Source: Eledone cirrhosa (lineage: Eukaryota). From it: a stretch of DNA of 64,000 nt. This document shows, in pieces, positions 1 to 10,881 of the stretch. The position numbers and the translations under genes were made by a program. The stretch lies in assembly GCA_964016885.1 (NCBI GenBank), contig OZ024743.1, positions 214,954,001-215,018,000 on the forward strand, read 5' to 3'. Positions within the stretch are counted from its first letter, which is position 1. Each line of letters opens with the position of its first letter. The notes below the pieces were generated by a model. The model saw only the letters and a program-made list of their open reading frames with translations, was not told where the DNA came from and made no database searches.

Positions 1-2429
1 CTCCTCTTGTGGAACATGTTGTAGATAGTCCATAGCTTCCTAGTCTTCCTATCCATTTCTTTTTGTTCAGCAACATTCCATCTCAGAATTCCCGCACTGT
101 ACCTAATAATAGACACAGCTCGGGAATTTACTGCGCTTATGGCATTTCTGCTGTTCAGATGTGACTTCAATACGCTCCTTACTCTCCGAATGTATTCAGT
201 TCTTAACAATTCCTTCATTGTTTTGTTCTTTATGCCATCAGCCTCCAGAACGCCCAAATACTTGTATCCTTCCTCAGAGTCAATTTCCTTTTTCATCTCA
301 CCTGTTGGTATCTGGATCCCGTTACTTCTGCTCAACCTACCCCTTTTCATCACAATGACTCCACATTTACCAATACCAAACTGCATACATATATCACTGC
401 TGAAAATACGGACAGTGTCAACAAGCACATCCAACTCCTTCTCACTTTTCCCGAAGAGCTTAAGATCGTCCATGAAGAGCAGGTGATTGATGGTAAGCTC
501 TCCCCTTCCCAACTTGTATCCTGCTCTCACTTTTCGCAGCATAATGGTCAAGGGCATCAGGGCAAGGACAAACAACAGAGGGGACAGGCTATCTCCCTGG
601 AAGATACCTCTCTTGATATTCACGCTTCCCAAGGATACTCCAGTTGATGTCAACTCTGTCTCCCAGGACCCCATACTCCTGCCTAGCAACTGTCTGATGT
701 TATCTGCCACCCTGAAGATCTCCAGGCTTTTGGTGATCCAGGAATGGGGCACCATGTCAAATGCCTTTCTGTAGTCTATCCATCCCATGGCAAGATCAGT
801 GTGTCTCCTCCTGCAATTCCCCATTACCATCTTATCAATAAGTAACTGGTCCTTTGTACGACGTGACTTCTTTCGGCATCCCTTCTGTTCGTCCGGTAAC
901 AAGTTGTTTGTGTGGAGGTGATGGTAGATTTCCTCAGACACAATGCTCGTCAACAGTTTCCACATTACGGACAGACATGTGATAGGTCTATAGTTGGTAA
1001 CATCATTACCCTTGATTCGGTCTTTCATTATCAGAACTGTGGTACCTTTTGTCAACCACTCTGGCACTTCACCCGACACCAAGCAGTCATTGAACATGGC
1101 CGTCAGCTTCGGGTGGAGGGATGTTAAATGTTTAATCCAATACCCCTGCACACCATCTGGGCCTGGTGATTTCCAGTTGGTTAGTTTTTTGGCCTGCCCC
1201 TTAAGAGTTTCAACTGTGATACTCAAATCAGTTTGTTGTTGTGCCTGCTCACCGATCTCCCTCTGTACTGTCTCAATCCACCCTGCCTGGGCATTGTGTC
1301 TAACATCCTGCTCCCATATTCCTCTCCAGAATGTTTTAGTTTGCTCCGCCCCAGGGATCAAGTTGTTGCCTCTTTCTTTCCCCTCAAGCTGTCCAAACAG
1401 CATCTTCTGGTTGTTGTCGAACATGCGGTTCTGTTTATACTGACTGACTCTGTTCTCGTATCGCCTGATTTTTGCACTCTTTGCTACAATGCGTTGCTTC
1501 AGTTCCTCTATGATAATATTTAGCTTTTTCCTCCTAGTTTTGTATTTTATTTCCAGTCTATTTTTAGTGCCTATGTTTTTTAGTGTCCCATTCAGTAGTG
1601 ACTCAAGCTTTCCTATGTCATTTCTCATTTCCCCGATTTGCCCACTCAGTCACTTCTTCCACCACGGCTCTGCTCTTTCTTGTCTGTTGTTTCCTCTCGC
1701 TTTTATACCAAGTAGTTTCCTCACCGTATTTGCTGTTGCTTTGAGGATATTGTTGCACTGGTGAAGGCTCCTCGCCTCAAGGTATGGGATGACTTTGTTT
1801 ACCCTAGCTGTTGTTTCTTTTAACTTTTTCCTGTCTACAAATCTTAGATTCATAGGTCTCCCACTATCATTGTTCAATTCATCTACCACTAAATTTAGGA
1901 TGTCAACCGAATCTTGTCCTAGCCCGTCAGCATTCATCTCCTCAGTGGCCGTATCTCTGTTCCAGGTATTATTTATCTCAGTATTCAGATCATTGTCTGC
2001 TTCGGGTGGTTCCTCCGTTCTCAGGACCTCTTCACCTTCATTTCCCACTGGCTCGCTTGTCTGGCATACTACACCCGCCATCTCCAAGCCATTCTCTCTG
2101 CTCAGTTCCTCCAGTTCCAGCTCGCTTATCCATCCATTAGTTCTTATTACCCGAGCCTGCCCGGCCAATTTTTGTTCATCTAATTTAAATAAACCAATCT
2201 CGTTCCAGATGTTATGCATCCGTCTCCTGTAGCCCCTCTCCTTTGGGTTACTTTTCAGGTAACATTGCATAACAGTTCTATTCAATTCTTTCGTCCAGTT
2301 GGTTCTGGCCTCTTTCCTTCTTCTCCTTCCTCCAAAATCAGCAGTATTTGGTTGACAGTCAGGTTCCTGCTGCTGAGCCAGGGGGCACCTGTTGGGTGAG
2401 AGTCTGTCACATGACGTTCTAGTCTCCAT
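1..2429 (-). pseudogene. Dong-A reverse transcriptase ORF with a nonsense codon at 1650-1652
   Basis: ORF 1650..2429 ends WWKK-TGA, and the same frame continues LSGQIGEMRNDIGKLE...KQRIVAKSAKIRRYE towards the RT domain. The stop is probably a CGA>TGA change. Confidence 0.85.
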
Positions 2430-2610
2430 TTCACCGTTATTCGAACTGTTTATGTTCGATATTTAAACACTCTTATCGAGGATTGGCGAATGTATGGTTA
2501 CATATCCATCTGTGGATCCGCCATTCCACTTGGCCCTTGTGTCGCATTATCACCACGCTGTATACGGACACACATAAACAAACAAACACACAGGCAGAAA
2601 GGGCCCCAAA
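1..2610 (-). mobile_element. R4/Dong-clade RLE non-LTR retrotransposon, family A; 5' part, runs off the window's left edge
   Basis: N-terminus WTKELNRTVMQCYLKSNPKERGYRRRMHNIW...EQKLAGQARVIRTNGWISELE is typical of the R4/Dong clade. RT motifs RGIFQGDSLS (~585-612) and INHLLFMDD (~466-492) lie on the minus strand. Bases 1-165 match the reverse complement of 48115-48280. The 5' boundary is approximate. Confidence 0.9.
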
Positions 2611-2899
2611 AATGAATAAGCATAAGTTTCATTGTAATGTAGTGTTCGAATGTCTGACTTAGTTTTTGTTTTTTAAGTTTTAGTTTTTCCCCCCTCTTCT
2701 CTGTCCGTCCGCCTGCTTCTCTCTTCATTCTTATTTTCTTTACGTTCTTTGGGGTTTTTTTTTGGTTTTTGTTTTGGTTTTTCTCTGTTTGTTTTTCTCG
2801 TTTTTTGCTGTTGTTGCTGTGCTGCTTTGGTTTTGTTGTTTGTTTTTTCTTTTTTCTTTTGAGTCTATCTATATATTTTGATGCCTTCCTCTTTTTTAG

Positions 2900-3145
2900 C
2901 AGTAGGGATTCTATAATGTGGTGGCGGCAGCCAGCTAAAAGAAGTGGGAGACTGGCGGCGGTAGCGATACTGAGACAGTGGTGGTGGTGATGTCGATACC
3001 GAGGCAGTGGTGGCGGTGACGTGACCGTATTACGGTAGTGATGGTGCTGTAGCGGTGGTAGCAGTGAAGGAGTGAAGGGGTGGTGGTGGCGGTGATGGGA
3101 TAATGGTTGTAATGATGGCCGTAGTGAGCGGTGGTGGTTTAGTGT
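2900..3145. repeat. degenerate (GGT/GGC)n low-complexity tract
   Basis: Repeated gtggtggcggtg-type units, preceded by a T-rich tract at 2660-2880. Confidence 0.7.
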
Positions 3146-3154
3146 ACACAGGTG

Positions 3155-3188
<34 letters not shown>
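3155..3188. repeat. (TTA)n microsatellite; 3' tail or target of Dong-B copy 1
   Basis: Pure ttattatta run abutting the element's 3' UTR. Confidence 0.95.
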
Positions 3189-3189
<1 letters not shown>

Positions 3190-6100
3190 AGTTGCATTTA
3201 TCTTGCTACATGTTCATACGAGTTATCACCAAGTCACAACCAGTGACCTCAAGGGACAACAAGGTCCGCCATGTTCAAGAAAGAACATACATATTCACAC
3301 ATGCATCTTTAGTGTTTAGACTTGTGATGTACTTATATTGACAGAATCTTCCTTAGTATATGGGCAGTTCCCATTAGTACTATCTTTTGTATTTCTCCTA
3401 TACGCGGGTTTCCTGGGATTTGCGATAAGTAATCATTAGACCCCTTAGGTATCATTCCCAGAGCGCCTACAACCACTGGTATTGTTTTAGTTCTCAATTT
3501 CCACATTTTTCCAATTTCTATCTCCAGGTCCTTATACTTGCTCAATTTTTCAAATGTTTTTATAGATACATTCTTGTCTATTGGAACAGACATATCAATT
3601 AGCAGGCATACCCTCTTTTGAAAGTCTTTCAATATTATATCAGGTCTGTTTGCATTTATTTTTCGGTCTGTTTGGATGCTAAAGTTCCACAAGATTGAGA
3701 TGTGATCTTTTTCAAGTATGGGAGGTGGTTGATGCTCCCACCAATTCTTTTGATGGGGCAGGTCAAAATGCTTACACATTATACAATGTATGTATTGTGC
3801 AGCTCTGTCATGCCTGTTTAGGTATTCGGTTGGATCTATAGGACTGCACATTGAAATTATAGGGTCAATGGTCTCTGGTTGTTTTTTGCATACACGGCAT
3901 AATGGGCTGCACCCATTTTTTATTATGTTGGCTTGGTAATTTTTTGTTGGCAGACACTGATCTTGTGCCGATATAATCAGTCCTTCAGTCTCCGATTTCA
4001 GTCCAGAAGATGCCAACCACTGATGGTTTAAAGTTTTGTCAACATCAGGATTGTTAGCTCACTCTGGGTATTTTCCATACAGAGGCTTTTCTTGCCATTT
4101 CTTAGCCAGTTTCTGTAGCAGTTCTTTCTTTGCAGTTACTTTTACCTGCTTTGCTTTTTCTGTGTTTTCCATTTCAGCAGTAAATGGGTCTTCTGAAATT
4201 TGTAGTCTATTACTGTATCTTTGTGCATCTTTTGTAATGGAATATGATCTGTTGATGCTTTCGTGTTTCAAAACGAGTTTGATCATCCAATCATGTGATT
4301 CCCTTAGATATGTAGATAATCCAATTGTTGCAGTTTTCAACGCAATGTCTAACTGGATTAACCCACGTCCTCCTTCTTTCCTAGGGAGATATATTCTATC
4401 TATATCTGCTTTAGGGTGATGCATTCTGTGCATGGTTAAGAATTTTCAAATTTTTGTTTTGAGCCTACGGATCTCTGTGCTTGACCAGTTGATGACATTG
4501 TAACTGTAGGTTACTACTGGTATGGCAAGCGTGTTTATGGCATCGATCCTATTCCTTGCATTCAATTCCCTTTTTTAAGATTGCTCTCACTCTGCGGTAA
4601 CATTCCTTCCTTATCCTTTCCCTCATTGTCGAGTGCTTGATTCCGTCTCCTTCACAAACACAGATATTTGTAAGTTTTTTCTTGATCAAGTTCTCTTATC
4701 ACGTTCCCCCGATCAAGATTAATGTCTGAACTCTTCAGCAGCTTTCCTCTGGTGAACGTTGCTTTGGCGCATTTATCTAGTCCAAACTCCATTTTAATGT
4801 CATCACTGAACTGCTTCACAGTGGATAATAGCCCTTGCAATTATTCATCATTTTTTGCAAATAGTTTCAGGTCATCCATGTAGAACAGGTGATTAATGGT
4901 TTTGTCATAGACTTTATATCCATGTTTTGTTTCATTGTGCATTTTACTTAATGGTATAAGTGCGATGCAGAATAAAAGCGGTGATAAAGAGTCACCCTGA
5001 AAAATTCCACACTTAATATTAACTTCTCCAGCTTCCAGTGATTTTGTTTCACTATTCAAAAGGAGTGTCGTTTTCCATGTCTTCATACTGAATGACAAAA
5101 ACCTCCTGACAACGGGGGATACTTTGAAAATCCCTAAACATTTTTCAATCCAACTGTGTGGCAAACTATCAAATGCTTTTTTATAATCTATGCAAGCAAT
5201 CGATATATTTTTGTGTCTATTATGACAATCTTCCAGTATCATTTTGTTAACCAGAAGCTGATCCTTACAGCCATATGAGCCTCGTTTACACCCTTTCTGC
5301 TCAATGGGAAATAGGTCATTTGTTATCAGGTGGTCATATGTGTATTCAGTTAGGACTGATGTTAAAATGTTATACATTGTGGTCAAGCAAGTTATCGGTC
5401 TGTAATTTTTGGGATTGTTTGTCTCATCATTCTTCGGAAGCAGGAATGTAATGCCGTTAACTAGCCATGAATGTATCTTTTCTGGCTCCTTAACTATTTC
5501 ATTTTAAAGTTGGGCTAACAGCTCATGAGACTCTGTGAAGGCATTTATCCAAAAGTTTTGTATTTTGTCTTTTCCTGGGGATTTCCATTTGCTGGTTTTT
5601 CTTAGAGCCAAGCGCAACTGTTCAACTGTTATATTTTCCCATGTTTTTTCCTCAAGGTGATCTGTATCTTTCATTTGTCTGTCTATCCATGGGGCATGTA
5701 TGTTATGAACTTTTTCTTCGGCCCAGATCTTTTCCCATAATTCTTGCACTTCCTCCTTGGGTGGTATTGATTTAGCAGTTATTGTTGACTTACCAATTTT
5801 TCTGTAGAAGTTTCTTTGGTTGTTTTTGACAATATTATTGTCCTTATAGAATCTAATCGTTTTTCAAAGCGCCTTATACGAGCAGCTTTGGCCGACACTT
5901 TTTGCTTGATTATTTCTATCAGCATGTCTATGTCACATGTTGATTTTGTACTGTACTTTTTTTTTCAATTTTCTAAGTTTAGTTTGTTTAACCTGTTCAC
6001 CTACTTTATAGTTTGTTAAAATTTCTATGTCAGATCGGAGAAGGTTTATTTGGCGATTGATGTTCTCTTGCCAAGTAGATTTCTTGTTTTTTCATCTTCA

Positions 6101-7130
6101 CTCCACATAAGTGAGTGGTGACTTTAGCCGATGCATAATAGAGATGATTTAAATCAGTAATGTTTAGTTTGTTTGTGATGATAATGTTTTTGAGAATTAT
6201 GTTAGTCTTGTGTATTATCTTTTGGTTCTGTTTGGAGTTCTGGATCTTAGGGAGGGTGTCTCGTTGCCCCATGTCAGATTCTTTCATTTTCATCCATTCT
6301 ATCATAATTTCATCCTTCAAGTTGGCAAGTTCATTCTCATTCAGTTCTTGATCATTTACGATCTCATTATTTTCATTTGGAGTTTCATCCTGAGCATGCA
6401 CTCCCTCCACTTTTTCGATCCTTTCTTTAATTTGTTCTGTTGCCCCAGCCCTGGGATTCGAAGTGTTACAGTTTACCTCGTTTTCACTGACACATGTTTC
6501 ATTTTCCCTTCGCTGACTTTGTGCTAATAGCTTGATCTGATCAATTTCTATATCAGTTAGTAACTTTTTTCTTACAATATTTCTTCGTATATTGGCTAGT
6601 TTGTTGCTGTCAATATAGCCTATGTTTTCGGGATGTTTCTTTTTCCAGTTGATATATGTCTGTTCTGTATTCGATGTATTTGATGGGTAGTACATGGCAG
6701 TGTAGAAAGCCTCAAGGACTTCTTTATTATCTTCCCTTGACAATTTTTCTCTCTTTTTCTTTGGATTTCTTGGTGGTGAGCATGGAGGGCCAACAGTAGG
6801 AGTATTCCGGTTATGGGAGGTCTCCAGCTCCGAAGTGATGGGAAGGTTTGATCATTAGCTGATTTTTCGACCCCAGTCTGGTTCCTCCCTGAGGGACGCG
6901 GCCCTTTTTTACCCGGGTGACGGCCGATCCGGTATGAGATTTTATCATTAGACATTTACTTTATTTTGTCGCGTTTTATCCTTATCCGCCAAGGGGTAAT
7001 CATTTCGTGTTACCACTTCTAGAACGAGTGTCAACCAAGACTAGATGGGGTCGTTCTCCCCTAGAGACACGGCTATTCCCCGCCGGCCGCCATCCCGGTA
7101 TTTCTTGGTCGCGGGGTTTTCTTTTTGTTG

Positions 7131-7135
<5 letters not shown>
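3189..7135 (-). mobile_element. R4/Dong-clade retrotransposon family B, copy 1; full-length, with frameshifts and stops
   Basis: ORF fragments 6620-6955, 6030-6743, 5504-5749, 4841-5386 (GIFQGDSLSP, HLFYMDD), 4652-4840, 4059-4433 and 3333-4016 (CRVC..H..C, RHD, NRPD..D..K RLE motif). Flanked on both sides by (TTA)n. Nearly identical to 7339-10881. Confidence 0.95.
6975..7116 (-). promoter_or_regulatory. highly structured 5' UTR of Dong-B (putative double pseudoknot)
   Basis: GC-rich segment with complementary blocks on the element strand: CCCCGC/GCGGGG, GACCAAGA/TCTTGGTT, GTGTC/GACAC, CTAG/CTAG, GGGG/CCCC, AGAACGA/TCGTTCT. Lies just upstream of the ATG at 6955. Confidence 0.55.
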
Positions 7136-7199
<64 letters not shown>

Positions 7200-7210
7200 G
7201 TTATTGTTAT
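7136..7210. repeat. (TTA)n microsatellite between Dong-B copy 1 and a Dong-A tail
   Basis: About 25 TTA/TTG units. Confidence 0.95.
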
Positions 7211-7288
7211 TCCTTGAATCTCAGTCATTGATGTTGGTTAACTGGAAAGTCCGTTGGATTGAATATCAAGCCACTACCTGCAGCCTCA

Positions 7289-7289
<1 letters not shown>
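7211..7289 (-). mobile_element. Dong-A extreme 3' end (~80 bp, severely 5'-truncated)
   Basis: tctcagtcattgatgtt...tatcaagccactacctgcagcctcag matches the 3' UTRs at 51980-52050 and (reverse complement) 42635-42710 and 49228-49300. Embedded in (TTA)n on both sides. Confidence 0.85.

Positions 7290-7338
<49 letters not shown>
7290..7338. repeat. (TTA)n microsatellite; tail of Dong-B copy 2
   Basis: Pure TTA run abutting the 3' UTR. Confidence 0.95.
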
Positions 7339-7339
<1 letters not shown>

Positions 7340-10300
7340 TGCATTTATCTTGCTTTATGTTTATACGAGTTATCACCAAGTCACAACCAGTGACCTCAAG
7401 AGACAACAAGGTCCGCCATGTTCAAGAAAGAACACACATATTCACACATGCATCCTTAGTGTTTAGACTTGTGATGTACTTATATTGACAGGATCTTCCT
7501 TAGTATATGGGCAGTTCCCATTAGTACTATCTTTTGTATTTCTCCTATACGCGGGTTTCCTGGGATTTGCGATAAGTAGTCGTTAGACCCCTTAGGTATC
7601 ATTCCCAGAGCGCCTACAACCACTGGTATTGTTTTAGTTCTCAATTTCCACATTTTTCCAATTTCTATCTCCAGGTCCTTATACTTGCTCAATTTTTCAA
7701 ATGTTTTTATAGATACATTCTTGTCTATTGGAACAGACATATCAATTAGCAGGCATACCCTCCTTTGAAAGTCCTTCAATATTATATCATGTCTATTTGC
7801 ATCTATTTTTCGGTCTGTTTGGATGCTAAAGTTCCACAAGATTGAGATGTGATCTTTTTCAAGTATGGGAGGTGGTTGATGCTCCCACCAATTCTTTTGA
7901 TGGGGCAGGTCAAAATGCTTACACATTATCCAATGTATGTATTGTGCAGCTCTGTCATGCCTGTTTAGGTGTTCGGTTGGATCTATAGGACTGCACATTG
8001 AAATTATATGGTCAATGGTCTCTGGTTGCTTTTTGCATACACGGCATAATGGGCTGCACCCATTTTTTATTATGTTGGCTTGGTAATTTTTTGTTGGCAG
8101 ACACTGATCTTGTGCGGATATAATCAGTCCTTCAGTCTCCGATTTCAGTCCAGAGGATGCCAACCACTGATGGGTTAAAGTTTTGTCAAAATCAGGATTG
8201 TTAGCTCGCTCTGGGTATTTTCCATACAGAGGCTTTTCTTGCCATTTCTTAACCAGTTTCTGTAGCAGTTCTTTCTTTGCAGTTACTTTTACCTGCTTTG
8301 CTTTTTCTGTGTTTTCCATTTCAGCAGTAAATGGGACTTCTGAAATTTGTAGTCTATTACTGTATCTTTGTGCATCTTTTGTAATGGAATATGATCTTTT
8401 GGTGCTTTCGTGTTTCAAAACGAGTTTGATCATCCAATCATGTGATTCCCTTAGATATGTGGATAATCCAATTGTTGCAGTTTTCAACGCAATGTCTAAC
8501 TGGATTAACCCACGTCCTCCTTCTTTCCTAGGGAGATATATTCTATCTATGTCTGCCTTAGGGTGATGCATTCTGTGCATGGTTAAGAATTTTCGGATTT
8601 TTGTATCGAGCCTACGGATCTCTGTGCTTGACCAGTTGATGACATTGTAACTGTAGGTTACTACTGGTATGGCAAGCGTGTTTATGGCATCGATCCTATT
8701 CCTTGCATTCAATTCCGTTCTTAAGATTGCTCTGACTCTGCGGTAACATTCCTTCCTTATCCTTTCCCTCATTGTCGAGTGCTTGATTCCGTCTCCTTCA
8801 CAAACACCTAGATATTTGTAAGTTTGTTCTTGATCAAGCTCTCTTATCACGTTCCCCCGATCAAGATTAATGTCTGAACTCTTCAGCAGCTTTCCTCTGG
8901 TGAACGTTGCTTTGGCGCATTTATCCAGTCCAAACTCCATTTTAATGTCATCACTGAACTGCTTCACAGTGGATAATAGCCCTTGCAATTGTTCATCATT
9001 TTTTGCGAATAGTTTCAGGTCATCCATGTAGAACAGGTGATTAATGGTTTTGTCATAGACTCTATATCCATGTTTTGTTTCATTGAGCATATTACTTAAT
9101 GGTATAAGTGCGATGCAGCATAAAAGCGGTGATAAAGAGTCACCCTGAAAAATTCCACAATTAATGTTAACTTCTCCAGCTTCCAGTGATTTTGTTTCAC
9201 TATTCAAAAGGAGTGTCGTTCTCCATGTCCTCATACTGAATGACAAAAACCTCCTGACAACGGGGGATATTTTGAAAATCTCTAAACATTTTTCAATCCA
9301 ACTGTGTGGCAAACTATCAAATGCTTTTTTATAATCTATCCAAGCAATCGATAGATTTTTGTGTCTATTATGACAATCTTCCAGTATCATTTTGTTAACC
9401 AGAAGCTGATCCTTACAGCCATATGAGCCTCGTTTACACCCTTTCTGCTCAATGGGAAATAGGTCATTTGTTATCAGGTGGTCATATGTGTATTCAGTTA
9501 GGACTGATGTTAAAATTTTATACATTGTGGTCAAGCAGGTTATCGGTCTGTATTTTTTGGGATTGTTTGTCTGATCATTCTTCGGAAGCAGGAATGTAAT
9601 GCCGTTAACTAGCCATGATGGTATCTTTTCTGGCTCCTTAACTATTTCATTGTAAAGTTGGGCTAACAGCTCATGAGACTCTGTGAAGGCATTTATCCAA
9701 AAGTTTTGTATTTTGTCTTTTCCTGGGGATTTCCATTTGCTGGTTTTTCTTAGAGCCAAGCGCAGCTGTTCAACTGTTATATTTTCCCATGTTTTTTCCT
9801 CAAGGTGAGCTGTTTCTTTCATTTGTCTGTCTATCCATGGGGCATGTATGTTATGAACTTTTTCTTCGGCCCAGATCTTTTCCCAGAATTCTTGCACTTC
9901 CTCCTTGGGTGGTATTGATTTAGCAGTTATTGTTGACTTACCAATTTTTCTGTAGAAGTTTCTTTGGTTGTTTTTGAACATATTATTGTCCTTATAGAAT
10001 CTAGATCGTTTTTCAAAGCGCCTTATACGAGCAGCTTTGGCCGACACTTTTTGCTTGATTGTTTCTATCAGCATGTCTATGTCACATGTTGATCTTATAC
10101 TGTACTTTTTTTTCAATTTTCTAAGTTTAGTTTGTTTAACATGTTCACCTACTTTATAGTTTGTTAACATTTCTATGTCAGATCGGAGAAGGTTTATTTG
10201 GCGATTGATGTTATCTTGCCAAGTAGATTTCTTGTGGGAATTCCTTTGTTTTTTCATCTTCACTCCACATAAGTGAGTGGTGACTTTAGCCGATGCATAA

Positions 10301-10881
10301 TAGAGATGATTTAAGTCAGTAATGTTTATTTTGTTTGTGATGATAATGTTTTTGAGAATTATGTTAGTCTTGTGTATTATCTTTTGGTTCTGTTTGGAGT
10401 TCTGGATCTTAGGGAGGGTGTCTCGTTCCCCCATGTCAGATTCTTTCATTTTCATCCATTCGATCATAATTTCATCCTTCAAGTTGGCAAGTTCATTCTC
10501 ATTCATTTCTTTATCATTTACGATCTCATTATTTTCATTTGGAGTTTCATCCTGAGCATGCACTCCCTCCACTTTTTCGCTCCTTTCTTTAATTTGTTCT
10601 GTTGCCAGTGATTCCGCCCCAACTCTGGGATTCGAAGTGTTACAGTTTACCTCGTTTTCACTGACACATGCTTCATTTTCCCTTCGCTGACTTTGTGCTA
10701 CTAGCTTGATCTGATCAATTTCTATATCAGTTAGTAACTTTTTTCTTACAATATTTCTTCGTATATTGGCTAGTTTGTTACTGTCAATATAGCCTCTGTT
10801 TTCGGGATGTTTCTTTTTCCAGTTGATATATGTTTGCTCTGTATTCGATGTATTTGATGGGTAGTACATGGCAGTGTAGAA
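7339..10881 (-). mobile_element. R4/Dong-clade retrotransposon family B, copy 2; 5'-truncated
   Basis: Colinear with copy 1. Similarity stops after tacatggcagtgtagaa (10881), which corresponds to ~6707 in copy 1. Confidence 0.95.
7480..10869 (-). CDS. non-LTR retrotransposon protein: RT, CCHC zinc knuckle and restriction-like endonuclease (1129 aa, N-terminally truncated)
   Basis: Motifs KSPGKD, YRPITCL, QKGC, WIDYKKAFDS, GIFQGDSLSP, HLFYMDDLKL, KYLG, RKEGGRGL, CRVC-ETIDHIISMC, RHD and NRHDII..LIDMSVP..EKLSKY. No stops or frameshifts. Confidence 0.93.
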   Translation of the reverse strand: MYYPSNTSNTEQTYINWKKKHPENRGYIDSNKLANIRRNIVRKKLLTDIEIDQIKLVAQSQRRENEACVSENEVNCNTSNPRVGAESLATEQIKERSEKVEGVHAQDETPNENNEIVNDKEMNENELANLKDEIMIEWMKMKESDMGERDTLPKIQNSKQNQKIIHKTNIILKNIIITNKINITDLNHLYYASAKVTTHLCGVKMKKQRNSHKKSTWQDNINRQINLLRSDIEMLTNYKVGEHVKQTKLRKLKKKYSIRSTCDIDMLIETIKQKVSAKAARIRRFEKRSRFYKDNNMFKNNQRNFYRKIGKSTITAKSIPPKEEVQEFWEKIWAEEKVHNIHAPWIDRQMKETAHLEEKTWENITVEQLRLALRKTSKWKSPGKDKIQNFWINAFTESHELLAQLYNEIVKEPEKIPSWLVNGITFLLPKNDQTNNPKKYRPITCLTTMYKILTSVLTEYTYDHLITNDLFPIEQKGCKRGSYGCKDQLLVNKMILEDCHNRHKNLSIAWIDYKKAFDSLPHSWIEKCLEIFKISPVVRRFLSFSMRTWRTTLLLNSETKSLEAGEVNINCGIFQGDSLSPLLCCIALIPLSNMLNETKHGYRVYDKTINHLFYMDDLKLFAKNDEQLQGLLSTVKQFSDDIKMEFGLDKCAKATFTRGKLLKSSDINLDRGNVIRELDQEQTYKYLGVCEGDGIKHSTMRERIRKECYRRVRAILRTELNARNRIDAINTLAIPVVTYSYNVINWSSTEIRRLDTKIRKFLTMHRMHHPKADIDRIYLPRKEGGRGLIQLDIALKTATIGLSTYLRESHDWMIKLVLKHESTKRSYSITKDAQRYSNRLQISEVPFTAEMENTEKAKQVKVTAKKELLQKLVKKWQEKPLYGKYPERANNPDFDKTLTHQWLASSGLKSETEGLIISAQDQCLPTKNYQANIIKNGCSPLCRVCKKQPETIDHIISMCSPIDPTEHLNRHDRAAQYIHWIMCKHFDLPHQKNWWEHQPPPILEKDHISILWNFSIQTDRKIDANRHDIILKDFQRRVCLLIDMSVPIDKNVSIKTFEKLSKYKDLEIEIGKMWKLRTKTIPVVVGALGMIPKGSNDYLSQIPGNPRIGEIQKIVLMGTAHILRKILSI

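Noticed and set aside
139-2399. Plus-strand ORFs over Dong-A (also those over Dong-B and the Tx1 copies)
   Set aside because: Antisense shadows of retrotransposon coding frames.
7007-7488. Poly-Tyr and poly-Leu ORFs
   Set aside because: Translations of (TTA)n.
3189-10881. Group II intron, retron or DGR interpretation of the RT ORFs
   Set aside because: The RT-CCHC-RLE layout, trinucleotide tails and 5' truncation identify non-LTR retrotransposons.
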